A stretch of 64,000 bases of DNA from the human T2T-CHM13v2.0 reference genome, Homo sapiens. Of this stretch, positions 55,591 to 64,000 are shown in pieces. How positions within the stretch are numbered: position 1 is the first letter of the stretch; each line of letters begins with the position of its first letter. The notes under the pieces were generated by a model. It saw nothing but the letters and a program-made list of their open reading frames with translations, searched no databases and was not told the DNA's origin. Position numbers and translations under genes: made by a program. The stretch lies in NCBI RefSeq assembly GCF_009914755.1, contig NC_060936.1; one strand, 5' to 3'.

Positions 55591-56479
55591 TAGCTTCTGC
55601 CTTGCATGGAGCTAAATAAGAGCAAAGACCTTACCTGTTGTTTTCTCCATAGCCCAGTACAGTGTCTGGCATGTCATGCTTCAGAACAACTGATTATAGA
55701 AAGAAGGAAAGAGGGAGGGAAGCAGAACTAGAGGGAAGGAGGAAGAGGAGGAAATAAAAATTAGCAAGTCCAAGTGTCTCCCGCCTTCAACACTGAATCT
55801 GGCAGGAAATCCAGCATGAACTCTGCCCTGAGAACACAATAGTTGAGGCTCTTTTGAGGATTCCTTTTCCTTGTCTTGCATCTAATCATCTAGTTTATGA
55901 TGCTCATTTATGCAGAATAGGAAAATATTCTCTTTGGTTTGACAAATTAGCAAAAGGTGCCCATGAAGTGCAAACATCAAAGAGTGACCTACTCAAGGTG
56001 GACCAGGAAAAAAAAAGAAGGAAGAAATTAAAAGGGCAGACCATAATGCAGGGGCACTGGATTTAAATTTTAGTTAAGCCACTGGCTGGCTTTGTCTTAT
56101 GCAATGTTGTGGTAGTACTTGTATTGTTGTTCTGAACACCAAAGACGATAACAAATATAAGCTGTTTTATACTGTGCCTGATAAATAGAATGGCATGCGG
56201 CAAAGAATAATTACATTCTGTTATTGCCCTTTGTTCCCCTCCTCCCTTCAACTCATCCCAAATAAAAAGTACCCTCCTGTTTTCCACATCTTGAAGTAAT
56301 CTGTGTTCATCTGAACTACTTCGTAACTTGATCTGGGCTTCTCTTAGGCTGATTCTTATATTTTACCTTGAATTACAATTATTTGGGAAGGCATCCTATC
56401 TCTCTTCCTGGGCTACATGGTCTTTGAGAGTAGATGGTATATCTGATTCATCTTGGAACCTCTGTGGAGCTGCTGCTTG

Positions 56480-56710
56480 GGACAGGACAGGGCAGACGAG
56501 GGGCTCTGAAGTCCAGCCTGTCTGGGTTTTGATTTTAGCTTTGCCACTTATCAACAAAGACAAGTTGCTAGACCTCTTTAAGTCTCGGTTTCTTCATGTG
56601 TAAAAATAGAATAGTAACCAATTTTGTATATTGGTTGTAAACATTAAATGAGATAATATCTGTGAAATAGCACTGTGCTGAGCACATACATAGAAATAAC
56701 TCAATAACTA
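56480..56710. mobile_element. MIR
   Basis: ggctctgaagtccagcctgtctgggttt...acctctttaagtctcggtttcttcatgtgtaaaaat. Confidence 0.7.
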
Positions 56711-58022
56711 CTTTTAGGTATTAAATATTTGGCTTTATGTTTTTTAGTTTATCATAAGCATCACTGGCTTATTTTTAACAGATTTTTGGGAACTCTGAAA
56801 TGCCAAACTTGCCATTAGATGGCACAACAAAGTTGAATTGCATAATAAACCATTAAGTGGACTCCCTTTGAGAAGTCATCCTGGTTTGTCACAGGCTTTC
56901 TCAAAACTGTTTGGATCAAAGTGATTAAGAAATATCTTGGGAAACATCTGCACACTAGCTCTCAGTGAATAATGGAACTTTTTTTTTTTTTTAACTTGTG
57001 AGAAAGCTTCATTTTCTCAGTTGCTGCTATAAATGGTGAATCCAGGGGCTGAGTCTACCTATGTGAGAGATCCAGCTGTTTAAAATCATAATATGAGAGA
57101 CTAGCCTAAAATGGACCATTGTCGAGAGGAATAAATAACACTTATCACACGTATTTGGTAATTAGTAAATAAGTGGAGGGTCTTTATATATCAACTGTAA
57201 TCATTAAAAATGTGGGAGAAAATTAAACAAATTGGAGCTGACTATAATAAAACTAGTCCAGCTGGAGCTGGACTAACTGGGACTTGGGTGCACCATAGAC
57301 AATTTCAACATATTCACAAATATCAGTGTTGATAAATGAAGCAAGTATTTTTGGAAATAATTTTTCTGACCTAATACTAAAACTCCCGCAAATGTTTTCA
57401 TTAATACTCATTGAAGTCTCAAAGGACCTCATGAAAATCCTATGGGACAACTGAACGACAGCTACAAGATACTGGCCTAAAGGTACTTTCGTTAAGTTCC
57501 ACAAAAATGTCTGTATGGTTCAATTATAGAGCCTGGTGATTAGTTTTATGTAATAGTTGGCATTAAAATAGCAACTTTCAATAGAAAATATTTTGTGTAA
57601 GTGGTGAACACAAATGAAATATTTGTTTAGATAAATAAAGATCCATATACAGTGTTGGTATTTTGTAGAAAGCATTTTATTATAAGCATTTGCTGTTTCT
57701 CCACCTCATAATACAATATGTATCATTATTAATTAGTCAATACCTCTAATCAGATTTCTATTGAAGCTAATATGTAAAAGAATGGTACTTTTTACAAAGC
57801 AGCTGCCCTACTAAGTAATTAACTTGAATATCTATATCTTTTTTAACTAGATTAGATAAGAATAAAAAATAAAACTACAAAGCATGCATTTGATAAGTTT
57901 CTAAGGGATATTAACATTTATCTTATTTTAAAAATGATTTTCAAAATTTCTAGGATTTGAAGTTCCATCAGTTCTTCTCAAATATGTGAAAGGCAAATTC
58001 AGTGATAAATGGCAGTCGGTGA

Positions 58023-58595
58023 CAGTATTTTTCAACAGGTGGGATTATTGGCATTTGGGGTGGGACACTTTTTCATTGTGTAGGACTGTCTCTTTCATTG
58101 CAGAGCATTGGGTGTCTGTGACCTTTCTGAGTAAATTTGGGCTGCGATAACAAACTATAGACAGATTAGGTAGCTTATGAACAACAGAAATTTATTTCTC
58201 ACAGTTCTAGAGGCTGGAAATCTGAGATCAGGGTGCTGGCATGGTCCAGGTGTTGGTGAAGGCCTCTTCTGGGTTGTAGACTGCTGGTTTCTTATATCTT
58301 CACATGGTGGGATGAGAGTGAGAGCTCTCTTTTATAAGGGTGCTAATCCCATTCATGAGAGTTCCTTCCTTATGACCTACTTAACTCCCAAAGTCCCCAT
58401 GTCTTAATACCACTCCTTTGGGGATTAGGACTTCAACATGAATTTTGGAGGCACACATTAAGTCCGTAACAATGATCTATCTCTGTTTTCTATAAGTCAG
58501 TGGCTTTCCCTTAGTCATTGTAACAATCAAAAATGCCTCTCTACATTTTAATATACCTGTGGTGGAATGGTGATCCATATGGTTGAAAACTGTCA
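58023..58595. mobile_element. MER3-like hAT MITE interrupted by an MLT1A-like LTR (~58125-58472, minus)
   Basis: cagtatttttcaac...ggttgaaaactg ends; internal aacaacagaaatttatttctcacagttctagaggctgg...ggacttcaacatgaattttggagg. Confidence 0.7.
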
Positions 58596-58996
58596 GCCAA
58601 TAAGATCAAATTGAGATTGTTTAAACAATTTATTTGGGATCAGAGTACTTTCAGAGTACTTTCAAAATTATTTTGCCTTTCATTAAAGGATGAAAATAAT
58701 ACTCTTGTATAAAAATATTTTGTTTTGAAACAATGAGTTCTTTATTAGTAAGGCATAACAACTGTTAACTTTAATAATCAGAGCATCATTGACCTCCTAG
58801 CCTCCAAATTATTTGCTTTGGACTGTTAATAACCTTTGGCAGTATTCATCCCTAATGCTTCTTGAACTCCTGTTTTGGCTTTCATGTGCTCTTTATTTTG
58901 TTACTTCTCTCACCGCTCATTTACTGCTTCTTCTCCAGCTCGCCTTTCACCTCGTATTCAATATAAGTATGTCTTCCCCAGTTTGTGTTTTGGGCT

Positions 58997-59301
<305 letters not shown>

Positions 59302-61059
59302 AGACTTTTCTTTAGCCTGCATTCTGTTGATTGACAAAGCTCATCTGCTCTGGACCTCCGCTTTCACCTCAGTAGGAATAACTCCCAAGCCATTTGCTGT
59401 AGTCCTGACCTTCCCTCAACTTTTAGGCATTTCCAGACATTTCTAGATGTTTGCAGGACAGCTTCTCTTTACTGTGCTTTTGATACTTCCAGTATCCTGT
59501 GGTCTCTTCCTTCCTTTTTGTCTTCTTTCTTTCTGTCACCCCCATTCTTCATATTGATATCAGCAGTATTCTAGCCTAGAAGCTTTTGAGACCACCCTTT
59601 CTCTGGACTTGTGTACATCCAAAATAATTTTTTAATTATTTCTTTCTATTCTGTTGTTGCCAGAAGTTTCAGGTGCTTTTGACATACTACCTACAGTCAT
59701 GTAATAGTCTCTTAGTGGGTATTCCCACCTCTGGTCTCTCACCCTACCAGTTAATTCTGTACATGGTATCAGATACTCTCATGGAAGCACACCTTTGTTA
59801 AGTAACACTCCCATCACCTAGGTCCAAGGACTGACATTTCAGTCCCTGCATGATGTAAGTCCAAACAGCTGTTCCATGTTCATCTCCCACTACCATCATA
59901 CTCAACTCAAATGGAACTGTCCTCATGCCTCGTTCATTCTCATTCTACTTCCTACCGCCAAATCTTTGGCCATGCTGTTCTTTTATCTTGAAATGAATCT
60001 AACGTCCTACGATTTCTAGCTCTAACCTCACCTTCTAAGAAGTTGAGCTTAAACACCACATACAAATTTTCCTCTGACACCTCTGGATAGGTAGAATAAT
60101 TTTTCTAAAATTTCAGGAACATTATGTTTATAATGTCTTATTTGACATTGTATAATAGAATGTCTTGACATTCTATTATATTTGATTTTATATAATTATT
60201 CAGTTTCTTAATATACTATAAAGTTGTAGATGTCAGGAATAATAATGTATTCATATTTATGTCATCTTTAGCATTTTGGTGGATTATAGAGTTGCAAGAA
60301 ACTTGGAGGACATCTGTTTCCACTTTTATGTGTTGTTTTCATTATGTTCAATAAACCACCATCTATTATTTAAGTGTACACACTGAGGCAGACTGTTCTT
60401 TTAAAGGCAGTTCTACTTGTGACTCAAATTTTCTTGTTTCTACCTAGGGTCTTTGTTCAGCTTCCTGGGGCCACATGAAATGAATCCCTTTCTCATTTGA
60501 ATGACATACTCTACCAATGTGGTGACAGCTCACATGTCTTTTGTTTTCTCTATCAATTTAACATATTCAGTTTTTCTTCCTGTTTTTTGCATGTGACCTG
60601 GTTACATTCTTTATTTAAGGCTGCTGTATTGTGGAGTAATTCAACTTTAGGAAAGTCCACAAATGCATAGAATACTTCAAGGATAACAATGGTTTTGAAT
60701 GTAAATATTGGAATTGTTTTTCATGATGTAACTTGTCAATATCTCTTCAGGTGTCAGGGTGGGAAATCAAGGTATATATAGCGATCTACCTCTGGGAGAA
60801 TCCCATAGTTATCTCAGGGCTGAACTTTCCTTTCTGTGCCAACAGTTTAATAAATAAATAAATGAATAAACCACTGGAGGATGATAGGAAAGCTCACTTT
60901 AACTTTTGATTGTAATTGGAAATTAGCCACTCAGTAAAATTATACTCTTTTATAGATTAATGCCCTAAGTAGTAAAACAACAAACATGTCTTGTGTGTGT
61001 GTGTGTATAATAAGTGAATTTAAGGACATTGGACCAAATAAGTGGCTATTAAGTAAAGT

Positions 61060-61290
61060 TATAAAGATAAGCTTTAAGTAAGAATAGCTTACATTTGTTG
61101 AACACTTCTATATTTAATACCTTACATGTTTTAACTAATTTAATCCTCAAAACCTTATGAGGAAGCATTTTTGTTATCCTCATTTTACAGATGGGCAGAG
61201 TAGAGCACAGAGGTGAAGTATTTTGCCCAAGGTTACACATCTTGTCATTGGAAGGGTCTGGATTTTAATCTGTTGAACAAAATGTACCTT
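61060..61290. mobile_element. MIR
   Basis: atcctcattttacagatgggcag...ttgcccaaggttacaca. Confidence 0.75.
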
Positions 61291-61336
61291 TTCAATAGTA
61301 TTAATTTCAAGTATTTCATGCTGCAGTAAATTTTAA

Positions 61337-61648
<312 letters not shown>

Positions 61649-63480
61649 AAGTCTGATAAATATTTTTTCAAACAGAGACTAGTAGTCAGGTATAATGAGT
61701 TTGGGTCTGTTACAACATAAAGTCAACAGGAATGATAAGGCTTCCTTACTATTTGAAGGAGTTACCTGGAACCAAGCTAGAAAGCTTAGAGAAAGTAACA
61801 ACCCCTTGTGGATTCAAGGAGGCTGGAGAACCAGTAGGGACCGAAGGAACAGTAAGTCCAGGATGTCATTCCTATAACTCAGTTTGCAAGGTGGTAGGGA
61901 TAGAATACGTGGGAGGTGGCAAGACTCCCATGGAAGCCCTGTGCTGTGGGTATCAGTGAGTGCATGAACAGAGTAGGGTCTGGAGAATTCTCATAGATGG
62001 GTATATATCAAATTTACAGTGAAGAGGGATTTTGAATAAAGCCTCTGACATATTTTAAGGCATAGAATGCAGTACTTTAACAACTATTTATTCCCCTGCT
62101 GTGTTCCAGACACTGTTTTGGATGTTAGAGAGATGGCTGTAAATAGAACAGGTAAGTCCTTTTTAGTCTTGAGTTACACAGATATCAAATATATTCTCAA
62201 AGCAAGGTTAAGCAATTTATGTCCTTGAGCCAATTTTTTTTGTAGACCTCTCATGCCATCTTCTCTATGTAGCCAGTCTTATTCTGTAGTTATCTCTTTA
62301 TTCTCTTTTCCTTTTTTCTCAATCTGTGTCACATGTCAGATCAGAGACTTTGAAGACAGATAGATATAGCCCAATGAAATTTCGACTAAGCTACTTCTAA
62401 GCTGTTTGACCACAGTCAAGGTATGTAACTTTTAGAGCCCCAGTTTTCTCATTTTGGAAATAATAAAATTTATTTTATGAGTTGTTGTTGGAGAAATAAT
62501 GTAGGTAGTCAATAAATGATAATCATCATCATGTCATTTTTATCTCTACCTTTATTTTTGGCATATATTGAGGCAGAACTTCTTTACTCCTGAGGCATTC
62601 CATTCTGTACAAAAGTATTTATGAGTTATAATATTGGTACTCCCAGCATGACCCAAGTAGGAAGGTCAGAAAATAAACAAATATTAAAATAATGTGGATC
62701 TTTTCAAGATGGATAAAATTCTAGTTTCTGGCACATATATGAGGAGATTCAAGTGCTGATATTGATGCTGCAAAAATGTTTAAGTGGTGAAATTTTCACT
62801 TAGTTATAAAGTTAGTAATACCAGTTGGGAATACAACCTAAGGGAATTTTAAGAGGGAAATTCCCTTTAGATGTGATAGCGCACATAAACACACGTAAAA
62901 ACTACCACAAAGAGCAAGACAATAATCATTCTGTTATAATGACTTAGAGATATTTGTTCCAATTAAAACACATGCCAACATAATTATTGATGTCATTTAA
63001 GTGTCTTCTGTGTGTTTGCTGTTTTATACATATTTTGAATCCTCATATTGTCATGTAAGATAGATTATATTCATTTACAGATAGGGAGAATAGGGACTCA
63101 GCAAGGTGAGGCTGGCCATTATAGCACCCCAAGAGTCAGTGCCTCAGCCGATGTTTCAGTGCAGGTAAGATGCTAATGACAACTAGATCTTGGCTCCCAT
63201 ACCTTAAATCAATTCAAATCAGTAAATAATTAAGCATTGCTATATGAAGTACTCTGCAAAAATACCTGGACAAATATGTATAAGACATCTTTTCTGTCTG
63301 TCATCCTCCAAAGGAGACTGAAATTTTAGAGATATTGTGTGTGTGTGTACGTGTGTGTATGTGTGAATATATATATATGTGTGTGTGTGATTATATATAT
63401 ACACACACCCACTAATTAAAGGCACAACCCAGAGTAGGATTAGTGTCAAAATTAATGATAGAGAACATGATTTTCTAGGA

Positions 63481-63697
63481 TAGAGGTTGACAAAGTATAG
63501 CCCCTTGGGCCAAATCCAGACCACTGCCTGATTTTGTAAATAAAGTGTTTTTGGAATATATCCACACCTGTTTGTTTTCCTGTTTTCTGTGGCTGCCTTC
63601 CTGCTGCAGGGCAAAGTTGAGTAGTTGTGACTTAGCCTGCAAAACCTGACAGTTTTACTATCGCACTTTAGAGAAAAAAAAAATTATTAAATCCTGC
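63481..63697 (+). mobile_element. MER58A-like hAT MITE
   Basis: gggccaaatcc...cctgattttgtaaataaagt...gagtagttgtgac...aaatcctg. Confidence 0.8.
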
Positions 63698-64000
63698 TCT
63701 AGAATTTCAGAAGATACTTTGCTTTCTGATGGAGGAATCAAAGAAGACATTAATGAAACAAGTGAAATTTATTTTGGAGCTGAGAGATGGATAGTCTTTA
63801 GTTAAGAGAGGAGCTAGTCGTAGTAAGTGCCACAGAACTCAAAATCAAAAGTACACCAATAGATAAATTAAAAGTCTGCTGAAGAATAAGGATCATATTA
63901 CTCTATATAATTTATATAATGCTATAACCATTTGTCTATGAATATTTTTTGTAAGCATCTGGGACGCTGATTCTTAAACTTGATGAAACATTTGAATCAA

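Noticed and set aside
56810-56827. CTCF-like motif gccattagatggcac
   Set aside because: Mismatch in the core; a motif alone is insufficient evidence.
62840-62867. 10-bp inverted repeat aagggaattt/aaattccctt
   Set aside because: Short with an 8-nt spacer; plausible by chance in 64 kb.

Overview
Primate, most likely human, non-coding genomic DNA: it carries Alu, L1PA, HERV-L, MER41 and Tigger1 repeats. I find no supportable protein-coding exon; the listed ORFs fall in satellite, decayed repeats, GC-rich island or unremarkable AT-rich DNA. Positions 1-10730 are a composite SATR1/SATR2-type satellite of palindromic ~63-77 bp units with an internal inversion. The rest is repeat-rich and includes an internally deleted HERV-L/MLT2A provirus (26081-30056), an older ERVL internal segment, a U4 snRNA retropseudogene (43314-43462, minus), a Tigger1 remnant split by a twin-primed L1PA2-like insertion, and a MER41 LTR with two GAS motifs. 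A CpG island (~52400-53680) has convergent CRE+TATA modules and a plausible short spliced plus-strand non-coding transcript. The most unusual signal is a set of template-switch scars: an exact 128-bp copy of 15691-15818 inside the satellite, a four-part fold-back/templated patchwork at 41974-42431, an inverted protease fragment at the HERV-L deletion junction, and several small fold-back hairpins. No evidence for a novel coding system. Repeat subfamily names come from remembered consensus sequences, and most repeat boundaries are approximate.
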